Assembly (NCBI GenBank): GCA_035550655.1
Contig: DASZOU010000035.1
Location: 1,495-65,494, forward strand
Length of the DNA stretch: 64,000 nucleotides
Reading direction: 5' to 3'
From: Mycobacteriales bacterium
GTDB lineage: Bacteria > Actinomycetota > Actinomycetes > JAFAQI01
The translations under genes were made by a program, and so were the position numbers. Each line of letters opens with the position of its first letter. The stretch's first letter is position 1. Shown here piece after piece: positions 44,415 to 54,055 of this stretch. Below the pieces are notes generated by a model. It had not been told where the DNA came from, searched no databases, and worked only from the letters and a program-made list of their open reading frames with translations.

Positions 44415-46448
44415 TTGAGCTTGCTTCGGGTTGATGATCTCGCCACGGAGATCGTCCTTCGAGACCGAGTGGTTCACGCAGTCAACGGCATCTCCTTCGA
44501 CATCGAGGCCGGCGAGGCTGTCGGTCTTGTTGGCGAGTCGGGCTCCGGCAAGTCGATGACCGGCGCCTCGATACTGCGACTGCTCCCATCAGGTGGACGG
44601 ATCTCGTCTGGTCGGATCGAGTTCGGCGGTCGCGACTTGGCGGCTCTGCCGGAGAAGCAGATGCGGACCGTGCGAGGCAGGGAGATCGCGATGATCTCCC
44701 AGGACCCGATGACGGCACTCGACCCGACCATGGCGATCGGAAAGCAGATCGCGGAGCCGTTGCTGATTCACGGGCCGGTTGCCAAGAGCGGGGCCCGAGA
44801 GCGGGTTCTCGAGCTGTTGGCGATGGTCGGCGTTCCCCGGCCTGAGGAACGGATCGACAGCTATCCGCACCAGCTGTCAGGCGGGCTGCGGCAACGGGTG
44901 TGCATCGCGATGGCGATCGCCTGTCAGCCAAAGCTGCTGATCGCCGATGAGCCCACCACGGCGCTCGACGTCAGCGTTCAGGACCAGATCCTGCGGCTGC
45001 TGCGCCGGCTCCGTAGCGAGCTCGGCATGGCGCTGTTGCTCATCACCCATGACATGGGGGTGATCGCTGAGCACACCGATCGGGTCATGGTCATGTACGC
45101 CGGGCGGATAGCAGAGTCCGCGCGTACGTCCGAGGTGTTCCGGCGGACCAGGCATCCGTACACCGAGGCGCTGCTTGGCGCATTGCCGCGCGTCGATCAG
45201 ACCGCAGCCGAGAGTCTGTACAGCATTCCTGGCGCGCCGCCGTCGCTGGCGATGCTTCCCAACGCATGTTCCTTCGCGCCCAGGTGCCGCCACGCCACGG
45301 AGCGATGCCGCACTGAGCTGCCGCTACCCACCGTTGCGCCGGACGGCCACATATGGGAGTGCTTCCACCCACGTGACGGAGCAGCCGTTGCCGCAGCCGT
45401 GTCGACAGGTAGTACGCCGCCGCGTGCTGCTGGAACCGTGCTCGCTGCCGTCAAGGACGTGGTCCGCGAGTACCCGGTCGGCGGTGCGGGCTGGTCGCGC
45501 CGAACCGCGTCGACGGTCAAGGCGGTGTCCGGGGTGTCGTTCGAGGTGCACCGCGGCGAGACGCTCGGGGTGGTGGGCGAGTCGGGCTGCGGCAAGAGCA
45601 CCGTCGGGCGCATGCTGGTCGGGCTGGAAGCGCCTGATGCGGGCACAGTGCTGTTCGACGGCACACCGATCCGCACCGGCCGGGCGCGGGCAGAGCGGCG
45701 GCGGCACAGCCGGAACGTCCAGATGATCTTCCAGGACCCGTACGCCTCGTTGGATCCGCGGATGCGCGTCCGCTCGATCCTCGCCGAACCGCTCGTGATC
45801 CAGCGAACCTTCAACCGGGAGGAGCGGCTTGCGCGGATCGCCGAGCTCCTCCGAGACGTCGGCCTCGACCCAGCTGCAGCCGGTCTGCTTCCCCGGGAGT
45901 TCTCAGGTGGGCAGCGGCAACGGATCGGATTCGCGCGTGCGCTGGCTCTGCGCCCGCGACTGATCGTGGCCGACGAGCCGGTCTCGGCGCTCGACGTCTC
46001 GATTCGCGCGCAGCTGCTCAACCTGATGCGCCAGCTTCAGGACGAGCATGACCTGACTTACTTGATGATCTCCCATGACCTGTCCGTCGTGCGCTACCTC
46101 GCCGACCGGGTCGCGGTCATGTACCTCGGCAAGCTGGTGGAAATCGGCCAGACGGCCGACATCTACCAGCGTGCGGCCCACCCCTACACCGCGGGTCTGC
46201 TCGAGGCGGTCCCCGTACCCGACCCGGAAGCGGCCGCCACGCGTGAGCGAGTGGCCATCGGGGGTGAGCTGCCGTCCTCGATCGACCCCCCGTCGGGCTG
46301 CCGGTTCCGCACTCGGTGCCCCAGGGCGCAACAGATCTGCGCCGACATCGAGCCGGCGATGAGCACCTTCAGCGGCGAGGGACACCTCGCCGCCTGCCAT
46401 TTCCCGCTTCAAGCGGTCGTGGCAGGCGGCGGTGTCGAAGCTGCCTAG
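44415..46448 (+). CDS. fused double ABC ATP-binding protein (DppD+DppF-like, two nucleotide-binding domains)
   Basis: Walker A GESGSGKS and GESGCGKS, two LSGG signatures, and C-terminal oligopeptide-type extensions. TTG start. Lies on the opposite strand to the permeases and substrate-binding protein. Confidence 0.9.
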   Translation: MSLLRVDDLATEIVLRDRVVHAVNGISFDIEAGEAVGLVGESGSGKSMTGASILRLLPSGGRISSGRIEFGGRDLAALPEKQMRTVRGREIAMISQDPMTALDPTMAIGKQIAEPLLIHGPVAKSGARERVLELLAMVGVPRPEERIDSYPHQLSGGLRQRVCIAMAIACQPKLLIADEPTTALDVSVQDQILRLLRRLRSELGMALLLITHDMGVIAEHTDRVMVMYAGRIAESARTSEVFRRTRHPYTEALLGALPRVDQTAAESLYSIPGAPPSLAMLPNACSFAPRCRHATERCRTELPLPTVAPDGHIWECFHPRDGAAVAAAVSTGSTPPRAAGTVLAAVKDVVREYPVGGAGWSRRTASTVKAVSGVSFEVHRGETLGVVGESGCGKSTVGRMLVGLEAPDAGTVLFDGTPIRTGRARAERRRHSRNVQMIFQDPYASLDPRMRVRSILAEPLVIQRTFNREERLARIAELLRDVGLDPAAAGLLPREFSGGQRQRIGFARALALRPRLIVADEPVSALDVSIRAQLLNLMRQLQDEHDLTYLMISHDLSVVRYLADRVAVMYLGKLVEIGQTADIYQRAAHPYTAGLLEAVPVPDPEAAATRERVAIGGELPSSIDPPSGCRFRTRCPRAQQICADIEPAMSTFSGEGHLAACHFPLQAVVAGGGVEAA

Positions 46449-48283
46449 CCGCCGCTGGGAATGTGGCCGGTGTAGTACCAGTCCTCGGGGTTGATGTTCC
46501 CGAAGATGTTGTACGGCGTCGTGCCGTGCAGATTATTCGTAGTTTCGATGAGGTTGTAGCCCGTCTCCTGCCAGATGACGGGGAGCTGCTCGGACAGGTA
46601 GTCCTGGTAGGCGTCCAGAGTCTTGGTCGAGTCGCCCGGAAGAGTCGACGCGGCGATCAGCTGGTCCGCCTTCGGGTCCGAGTAGCTGCCGAGGTTGTTG
46701 CCGGCGCCCGTCTCGAACAGCGCCTCCCCGGTTGGGTAGTAGTCGGGAGCGTAGATCCAGCCGCCGGCCGCGCTCAGCTGCCAGCCGCAGGACGACTCGC
46801 TCGGTTTGCACGCCACGGTGTCGCCGTACAGGTCGTTGACCGACACCGTCTTCAGCACGATGTCGACGCCCGCAGCGGCGGCGTCGGACTTCTCCTGAGC
46901 AATGGCCTTGGGATAGGCGATGCCGACGTTCTCGTAGATGAGCGTGAACTTCAGCTGGGCGCCCTTGGGGATTCCCGCGCCGCACTGGTTCGGAGCCGTG
47001 CCTGGGCTCTGGCAGGTGCTGACGCCGTTCGGTACGACGTTCCAGCCGTGTGACTTAAGCAGCGAGATCGCCCGCTGCGGGTCGTAGTTGTACAGGCACT
47101 TGGAGTCGGTCGCGTCGGCGAAGCTGTTCTTCGGCACACTCGGGATCGGTCCGCAGCCCGGCACTTCGGTGTTCGAGTAGTAGTGCTGCGAGATGCCCTC
47201 CTGGTTCTGCAGCAGCTGCAGAACCTGACGGATGTAGAGCTGCTTGAACATCGGCCCGGCAGTGGGGTTGTTGAAGTTCATGTACTGGTAGTTGATCGAG
47301 AAGCTGTATTGCTTTCCTTGGGTGTAGCCGAGTCGGTCGAGCGCCTTCTGCGATCGGAGCTGGACGGGCGAGATGAATCCGATGTTGGGTCCGTGGCCGC
47401 CGAGAAGCGCGTTGAACTCCGCATCCGTCGTCGTGTAGTTCTTCTGTGTGAACTTGGCCAGGTAGGGCTTGTGGCCTACGTACTTCGGGTTCGGCACCAT
47501 CGTCAGGTTGCCGTTCGATGGCGTGTACTGCGTGAGCCGCCAGGGCCCATCGACCGTCTGCCATAGCGGGTTGGAGGCGTAGGTCGACAGCTTCTTCGCC
47601 TCACCGGCGAGATAGTTGTACACGGCCTTCGCACCCGCAGTCGTCTCATCCCAGTTGCCGATCGGTCCACCCGCCGACTTCTTGTCCCAGGCCTGCTGGG
47701 GGAGCGGAGTGATCTGGGAAAGCTCGTTGTACGTGAACCAGTTCGTGTCGTAGGCCTTGGTCAGGTTGAACTGGATCGTGGTCGGGTTGACGATCTTCGC
47801 GCTCGCCACGTTGTCCGGATAGTCGCCGGGGGAGTAGTCGGCCCAGTTGACCTTCTCGGCCTTCATGAGGTTGTGCCAGAAGAGAACGTCGCGGGCGCTG
47901 ACCGGCGTCCCGTCCGACCAGACGTAGTGGTTGAGGGAGATGGTGACGGTCTTGTTGCCGTTGGTGTACACCGGCGGCTTCCCGATCGACCGGGTGTAGT
48001 CGATCGTCGTGTCATTGCCGTTGCCGTACCAGTAGAGCGGCCGGTACATCAGCTGCTGGAAGTTGCTGAGATTGTCGCTGAGGAAGAACTGGGCGCTCGC
48101 CAACGGGAAGATGTAGTTCGGGCCGCCGCCGATGTTGTACAACGACGCGGTGCCGCCATGAAGTGGCGTGCCCCCGCCGTTGTTGTTCCCCCCTGAGCTG
48201 CTGGAACCGCTGCAGCCGGCCAGGGCAACAATCGCGCTAGCCGCCACCACAAGTCGGGTACGGCGGGTCAGGGAAACAAACAT
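46445..48283 (-). CDS. ABC transporter substrate-binding lipoprotein, family 5 (peptide/nickel/oligosaccharide type)
   Basis: Lipobox LAGCSG, a GGNNNGGG linker, and an Asn/Tyr/Thr-rich mature domain of family-5 length. ATG at 48283 with GGAG upstream. GC content is visibly lower than its neighbours. Confidence 0.8.
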   Translation of the reverse strand: MFVSLTRRTRLVVAASAIVALAGCSGSSSSGGNNNGGGTPLHGGTASLYNIGGGPNYIFPLASAQFFLSDNLSNFQQLMYRPLYWYGNGNDTTIDYTRSIGKPPVYTNGNKTVTISLNHYVWSDGTPVSARDVLFWHNLMKAEKVNWADYSPGDYPDNVASAKIVNPTTIQFNLTKAYDTNWFTYNELSQITPLPQQAWDKKSAGGPIGNWDETTAGAKAVYNYLAGEAKKLSTYASNPLWQTVDGPWRLTQYTPSNGNLTMVPNPKYVGHKPYLAKFTQKNYTTTDAEFNALLGGHGPNIGFISPVQLRSQKALDRLGYTQGKQYSFSINYQYMNFNNPTAGPMFKQLYIRQVLQLLQNQEGISQHYYSNTEVPGCGPIPSVPKNSFADATDSKCLYNYDPQRAISLLKSHGWNVVPNGVSTCQSPGTAPNQCGAGIPKGAQLKFTLIYENVGIAYPKAIAQEKSDAAAAGVDIVLKTVSVNDLYGDTVACKPSESSCGWQLSAAGGWIYAPDYYPTGEALFETGAGNNLGSYSDPKADQLIAASTLPGDSTKTLDAYQDYLSEQLPVIWQETGYNLIETTNNLHGTTPYNIFGNINPEDWYYTGHIPSGG

Positions 48284-48347
48284 TCGCAACTCCAGCTTGG
48301 TGGCGTATCGGCGGCTGCACGCATGTTCTGCTTGCCCTCGGCTGCTG

Positions 48348-49740
48348 TCAATGAACCAGGGACTCGGCCGGCGGGTTCTCGATGGCCAGGGAGCCGATCA
48401 GGCCGGCTGCCACCAGACACAATGCGCATGACATGACGCCCTGGTGAAAGGCATGCACCGACGCTTTTGATCGCGAAAAGGTGTCGCCCACCAGCGTGTG
48501 CGCCACAACCACGCCGACGACACCGATCCCGACCAGTCCTGCGACCCGAGCGACCGCGTTGTTGATCGCCGATGCGATACCGGCGTCGCTCTCGTCGGCT
48601 TCGGCCAGCACAGTCGTCGTGAGCGGCGCGACGGTCATGGAGAGGCCGAGTCCGAACACCACGAGCGCCGGCAGCACCACGCTGATGTACGACGTGTGCA
48701 ACCCGGCCCGAAGCAGCCACAGCACTCCCGCAGCTGCGACGAGCGGTCCCGCGCCCATGAACAACCGCGGGCCGAGCCGGCTCGAAAGCGCGCCGAACCG
48801 GCGGGCGAGCAGGAACATCATGACCGTCACCGGCAACGTCGTGAGGCCACTGCGCAGTGCGCTGTAACCGGCAACCTGTTGCAAGAAGATGACGAGGAAG
48901 AACAACAGGATCGACAGGCCGCCGTACATCACGAGCGTCTCGATGTTCGCGGCGGTGAAGTTCCGGCTGGCGAACAGCTCGAGTTTCACCATCGGCTCGG
49001 GCGTGTGCCGCTCGTAGACCACGAACACCGTGAACAGTGCGACACCGGCAATGAGCAGGCCATAGATCAGCGGGCTTCCCCAACCGCGGTGGGGTTGCTC
49101 GATCAGTGCCGCCATCACGCCACCCAGTCCGAGCGCGCACAAGCCCGCTCCTACCAGGTCGAGCCTCCGGCGGTTGACCGGTGGAACCGCCGCCACGCCG
49201 AGAACCACCAGACTCATCGTCGCGATCACCAGAGGGACATTGATGGCGAAGACCCAACGCCACGACGACGCGTCGACGATCCAACCGCCGAGAAGCGGAC
49301 CCGCGACCGCGCTGATTCCGGTCCACGCGGTCCACGCACCGATTGCACCGCCGCGGCTGTCGGCCGGGAACGCCGCGACGATCACCGCGAGAGAGCTGGG
49401 GGTGACCATCGCACCCGCGATGCCCTGAACGGCTCTCGCGGCGATCAACGTTCCTGCGTTGGGTGCGATTGCGCATCCCAACGAGCAAACGCCGAACGCC
49501 ACGACGCCGATACCGAAGACCTTGCGCTCACCGTAGAGGTCGCCGAGCGAGCCGCCGATCAGGATGAAGGAGCCGAGCAGCAGCAGGTAGGCGTTCACCA
49601 CCCACTGCTGCGCGGCCAAGCCGCCCCCGAGGTCGCGTTCGATTGCGGGGAGCGCGACGTTGACGATCGACCCGTCCAGCATCACGACGCTCGTGCCGAG
49701 AATGGCTGCGATGAGGGTCAGCCGCTGGCTCCGGGTCACC
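48348..49740 (-). CDS. MFS transporter (DHA2-like, 14 TM)
   Basis: GTG start at 49740 (VTRSQRLTLIAAILGTSVVMLDGSIVNVALP). The ORF-track extension to 49994 is rejected. Confidence 0.75.
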
Positions 49741-49838
49741 TGCGAGAGTCTGCACCCTCGCTTCGTGGCTGCCGCGAAAGATGGGTGCTCGATTGGGGAT
49801 GCGAGGATCGGGCAAGAGAACTCGGAGGAGGCCGGCAC

Positions 49839-50165
49839 ATGATGAAACGATCGCTGACCGCCGACGCCCGCGAGCAGCTGGAGCTGGCACGTAGCCACTC
49901 GGGCCGGGCGGCCATTACCGTGTTCGGCGGGCACGAGCAGTCGCTTCGTCAGACGTTGATTGCCTTGCTCGCTGGTTCGGAGATGAAGGAGCATGAAAGC
50001 CCGGGCGAGGCGACGATGCAGGTGTTGAGTGGCCGGCTACGCGTGAACGCGGGTGATGACGAGTGGGAGGGTCGCGATGGCGACTTCATCGCGATCCCGC
50101 AGTCGCGGCACTCTGTGACGGCCATCACCGACGCGACGTTCCTCCTCACCGTCGCAAAGGCGTGA
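49839..50165 (+). CDS. cupin domain protein
   Basis: 109 aa. ATG directly after GGAGGAGG. GHEQSL...GDFIAIPQSRHSV has a cupin-like two-motif layout. Confidence 0.55.
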   Translation: MMKRSLTADAREQLELARSHSGRAAITVFGGHEQSLRQTLIALLAGSEMKEHESPGEATMQVLSGRLRVNAGDDEWEGRDGDFIAIPQSRHSVTAITDATFLLTVAKA

Positions 50166-50196
50166 CACGAGGCAAGACGGGGTGCGTCGGGGACGC

Positions 50197-50544
50197 TCAG
50201 TCGTTGGATGTCGCGAAGACGTAGAACAGCAGGCTGCCGGCCCCGGTGTCGACGACGCGGTGGGTGAGCCGGGCGGGGACGTGCAAGTAGCTGTCGGCGG
50301 GCAGCAGGGTCTCGTCGACCGACACGGTGCCGCTCAGCACCCAGAGGTGATGCTCGCCGTGCAGGTGAAGGTGTGCGAGCTCCTCGGCTCCCGGGTGCAG
50401 GCGGAGCAAGCCGGCAACGCTGCGCTCGTCCTCGAACAACACGCGGTGCTCTACGCCGGTGGCGCCTGGCATCGGCTCCCATGGGAGCTCCGCGACGCGT
50501 TGGCGCGGGATCATGAAAAGCGTCGGGGTCGGGTGTGTGGTCAT
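50197..50544 (-). CDS. cupin domain protein
   Basis: HPGAEELAHLHLHGEHHLWVLSGTVSV...YLHVPARLTHR cupin motifs. Start likely MTTHPTP. Confidence 0.55.
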   Translation of the reverse strand: MTTHPTPTLFMIPRQRVAELPWEPMPGATGVEHRVLFEDERSVAGLLRLHPGAEELAHLHLHGEHHLWVLSGTVSVDETLLPADSYLHVPARLTHRVVDTGAGSLLFYVFATSND

Positions 50545-50640
50545 GGGAACCTCCCTGCCGTCCGGCCTCATCGTCGGCCCGTCACGCGGTCACGCGACAG
50601 TGGCGAAGGTCCCGCCTTTCGCCTTCGCATGCGGCCGCAG

Positions 50641-51672
50641 TCAGCCGAGCACCCGGCGCACCGAGCGGGCGATCTCCAGGTCTTCCCGGCTGGCGACCAC
50701 GAGCGTGCTGACCTTCGCGCCAGGTGCGGTGATGTCGGCGTCGACGCCCGCGACTGCCGCGTTGCGCTCCGGATCGACCGCCACCCCCAGGAAGGACAGG
50801 TGTTGCGTGGCACGCAGCCGGATCTCGGCGGCGTTCTCACCCACCCCGCCCGTGAACACGAGCGTGTCGAGGCCGGCGAGAGCGGCCGTCATGGCCGCGA
50901 TCTCAGCACACAGTCGGTGCAGGTAGATGTCGACCGCGAGCCCAGCGTCCGGATCGTCGCGACGCAACAGCTCGCGCATGTCACCGGTGCCCGCAAGCGC
51001 GGTCAGGCCGCTGCTGTGCTCGAGCACGTCGGCGATCTCGGCGCTGCTCATTCCGGCGTGATCCTGTAGCCAGAGCACCAGCCCGGCGTCGAGGCGTCCG
51101 GGGCGCGTGGCCATGACAAGTCCCTCGAGCGGTGTGAACCCCATCGTCGTCTCCACGGAGACGCCGTCGCGCACTGCGGCGAGTGACGCGCCGGCGCCGA
51201 GATGACAGGTAACGACCCGCCGCGACCCAGGAACCAGGTCGGCCGCGCGGCGTGCCGCCCATGCGTGGGACAGCCCGTGGAAGCCGTACTTGCGCAGCCC
51301 GTACGTCGAACGCCAGTCGGCGGGTAGTGGATAGGTTGCTGCCGCTGGCGGTAGGTGTGCGTGGAAGGCGGTGTCGAAACACGCGACGTGCGGGACGTCC
51401 GGAAGGAGTGCGCGTGCCGCGTCGATGCCGTGGAGCGACTTCGGTTGGTGCAGCGGTGCCAGGTCGACGAGGTCTCGCAGGGCAGCCTCGACCTCGTCGT
51501 CGACGATCACCGGCTCGAGGAAGCGGGTGCCGCCGTGCACGACCCGGTGTCCGACCGCATCGGTCTGCGGAGGCGGGTCCGGCAACTCGTCGTAGGACTC
51601 GATGAGCTCGTCGTCATCGAGCAGCCGCACCTTCAGCGACGACGAGCCAGCGTTGACGACAAGAACGCGCAT
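50641..51672 (-). CDS. ackA: acetate/propionate kinase
   Basis: MRVLVVNAGSSSLKV N-terminus, HRVVHGG, FDTAFH, GFHGLSH, and TCHLGAGAS motifs. Confidence 0.85.
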   Translation of the reverse strand: MRVLVVNAGSSSLKVRLLDDDELIESYDELPDPPPQTDAVGHRVVHGGTRFLEPVIVDDEVEAALRDLVDLAPLHQPKSLHGIDAARALLPDVPHVACFDTAFHAHLPPAAATYPLPADWRSTYGLRKYGFHGLSHAWAARRAADLVPGSRRVVTCHLGAGASLAAVRDGVSVETTMGFTPLEGLVMATRPGRLDAGLVLWLQDHAGMSSAEIADVLEHSSGLTALAGTGDMRELLRRDDPDAGLAVDIYLHRLCAEIAAMTAALAGLDTLVFTGGVGENAAEIRLRATQHLSFLGVAVDPERNAAVAGVDADITAPGAKVSTLVVASREDLEIARSVRRVLG

Positions 51673-51673
51673 G

Positions 51674-54055
51674 TCAGCGCGGCCAGGTCCAGTTGCTGAT
51701 TGCCGGATCGTCCTCGCCGTGCTCGCGGGTGTAGGCGCGGGCGGCCAGCCGCGCATCAACCATCTGCTGCCGCAACAGCGCTGCCCGCTCACCGAGCCCT
51801 GGCACCCGGTCGATGACGTCGATGACCAGGTGGAACCGGTCGAGGTCGTTGAGCATCACCATGTCGAACGGCGTCGTGGTCGTCCCCTCCTCCTTGTAGC
51901 CACGGACATGGATGTTGTGGTGGTTGGTGCGCCGGTAGGTCAGCCGATGGATCAGCCACGGGTAGCCGTGGTAGGCGAAGATCACTTGTCGGTCGGCGGT
52001 GAACAGGGCGTCGAACTCGGTGTTCGACAACCCGTGCGGGTGCTCGTCGGGCGTCTCCAGTCGCATCAGGTCCACGACATTGACCACGCGAACCTTCAGC
52101 ACGGGAAGGTGTTCACGCAGGATTGCCGTCGCGGCCAGGGTCTCGAGCGTCGGGATGTCACCCGCGCAGGCGAGGACGACATCCGGCTCGTCGCCTCCGT
52201 CGTTGCTCGCCCATTCGAATATGCCCAGCCCTCGGCTGCAGTGCGCGACGGCTTGTTCCATCGGCAGGTAGGTGAGCGCGGGCTGCTTGCCCGCAACGAC
52301 GACGTTGATGTACTGGCGCGTGCGCAGGCAGTGGTCCATGACGGACAGCAAGGTGTTGGTGTCAGGCGGCAGATAGACGCGGACGATCTCCGCCTTCTTG
52401 TTCACGACGTGGTCGATGAATCCCGGATCCTGGTGGGAGAACCCGTTGTGGTCCTGCCGCCACACGTGCGACGACAGCAGGTAGTTGAGAGAGGCGATCG
52501 GGCGGCGCCACGGGATCCCGTTGGTGACCTTCAGCCACTTCGCGTGCTGATTGACCATGGAGTCGACGATGTGGATGAACGCCTCGTAGCAGTTGAAGAT
52601 GCCGTGCCGTCCGGTGAGCAGGTATCCCTCGAGCCAGCCTTGGCACAGGTGCTCCGAGAGCACCTCCACGACCCGGCCCTGCGGTGCGAGGTGCTCGTCG
52701 GTGCTGAGCACGGTCGCCTCCCACGCTCGGTCGGTCGCCTCGAAGACGGCCTGCAGCCGGTTGGATGCCGTCTCGTCCGGCCCGAACAGCCGGAAGTTCT
52801 GCGGGTTGCGCTCGATGACGTCACGTAGCCATTCGCCGAGGACCCGGGTGGCTTCGCTGAGCTCGGTCGCCGGCGTCGGCACCTTGACGGCGTACGCGCG
52901 GAAGTCGGGCAGCTCCAAGTCATGTAGCAGCAGGCCGCCGTTGGAGACGGGGTTCGCGCTCATCCGTTGCGACCCCAATGGTGCGAGTGCCGCCAGCTCG
53001 GCGCGCAGGGCGCCCGATTCGTCGAAGAGCTCCTCAGGCCGGTACGAGTGCAGCCACGCTTCGAGCTGTCGTAGGTGGCCCGAGTCTTCGCGGACGTTGG
53101 CGAGCGGGACCTGGTGCGATCGCCAGGTGCCCTCCATCGGCAGGCCGTCGACCTCCGCGGGCCCGGTCCACCCCTTCGGGGTGCGCAAGACGAGGCACGG
53201 CCATGGTGACCGCTCGGCGGTCCCGCCGGACCGTGCCGCAGCCTGGATCGTGGCGATGCGATCGAGGGCGGTGTCGAGCGCAGCAGCCAGCTGCTGGTGC
53301 ACGGCCATCGGCTCGTCTCCCGAGACGACGAGCGGCTCGTGGCCGTAGCCGCGAAGCAGGTCGAGCAGCTCCGGCTCGGGGATGCGGGCGAGGACGGTCG
53401 GGTTGGCGATCTTGTAGCCGTTCAGGTGGAGGATCGGCAGGACCGCGCCGTCGCTGACCGGATTGAGGAACTTGTTCGCGTGCCAGCTGGTCGCCAGCGG
53501 CCCGGTTTCCGCCTCGCCGTCGCCGACCACGCAGGCCACCAGGAGATCCGGGTGGTCGAACGCGGCGCCGTACGCATGGGCGAGCGCATAGCCGAGCTCG
53601 CCACCCTCGTGGATCGAGCCCGGCGTCTCCGGTGCTACGTGGCTGGGGATGCCGCCGGGAAACGAGAACTGGCGGAACAAGCGGCGAAGCCCCTCGACGT
53701 CGGGACCGATCGTCGGGTAGGTCTGCGTATAGGTGCCCTCCAGATAGGCATTGGCCACCAGGCCGGGGCCACCGTGGCCGGGTCCGGTGACGAAGATCGC
53801 CGAAAGGTCACGCATCTTGATGGCCCGGTTGAGGTGCGCGTAGAGCAGGTTCAGTCCTGGCGTTGTGCCGAAGTGACCCAGCAGTCGTGGCTTGATGTGT
53901 TCTGGTCGCAGCGGCTCCCGCAGCAGCGGGTTGTCGAGCAGGTAGATCTGGCCGACCGACAGATAGTTGGCCGCGCGCCAGTACGCGTCGAGCAGGGCGG
54001 CTTCCTCGCCCGAGAGCGGGCCTCTGACGGAAGCGGTTGCATCGGCTGCGCTCAC
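51674..54055 (-). CDS. xfp: xylulose-5-phosphate/fructose-6-phosphate phosphoketolase
   Basis: [34 protein letters not shown], and GDGEAETGP blocks. GTG at 54055 lies 7 nt after AGGAGG. The ORF-track extension to 54490 is rejected. Confidence 0.9.
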   Translation of the reverse strand: MSAADATASVRGPLSGEEAALLDAYWRAANYLSVGQIYLLDNPLLREPLRPEHIKPRLLGHFGTTPGLNLLYAHLNRAIKMRDLSAIFVTGPGHGGPGLVANAYLEGTYTQTYPTIGPDVEGLRRLFRQFSFPGGIPSHVAPETPGSIHEGGELGYALAHAYGAAFDHPDLLVACVVGDGEAETGPLATSWHANKFLNPVSDGAVLPILHLNGYKIANPTVLARIPEPELLDLLRGYGHEPLVVSGDEPMAVHQQLAAALDTALDRIATIQAAARSGGTAERSPWPCLVLRTPKGWTGPAEVDGLPMEGTWRSHQVPLANVREDSGHLRQLEAWLHSYRPEELFDESGALRAELAALAPLGSQRMSANPVSNGGLLLHDLELPDFRAYAVKVPTPATELSEATRVLGEWLRDVIERNPQNFRLFGPDETASNRLQAVFEATDRAWEATVLSTDEHLAPQGRVVEVLSEHLCQGWLEGYLLTGRHGIFNCYEAFIHIVDSMVNQHAKWLKVTNGIPWRRPIASLNYLLSSHVWRQDHNGFSHQDPGFIDHVVNKKAEIVRVYLPPDTNTLLSVMDHCLRTRQYINVVVAGKQPALTYLPMEQAVAHCSRGLGIFEWASNDGGDEPDVVLACAGDIPTLETLAATAILREHLPVLKVRVVNVVDLMRLETPDEHPHGLSNTEFDALFTADRQVIFAYHGYPWLIHRLTYRRTNHHNIHVRGYKEEGTTTTPFDMVMLNDLDRFHLVIDVIDRVPGLGERAALLRQQMVDARLAARAYTREHGEDDPAISNWTWPR

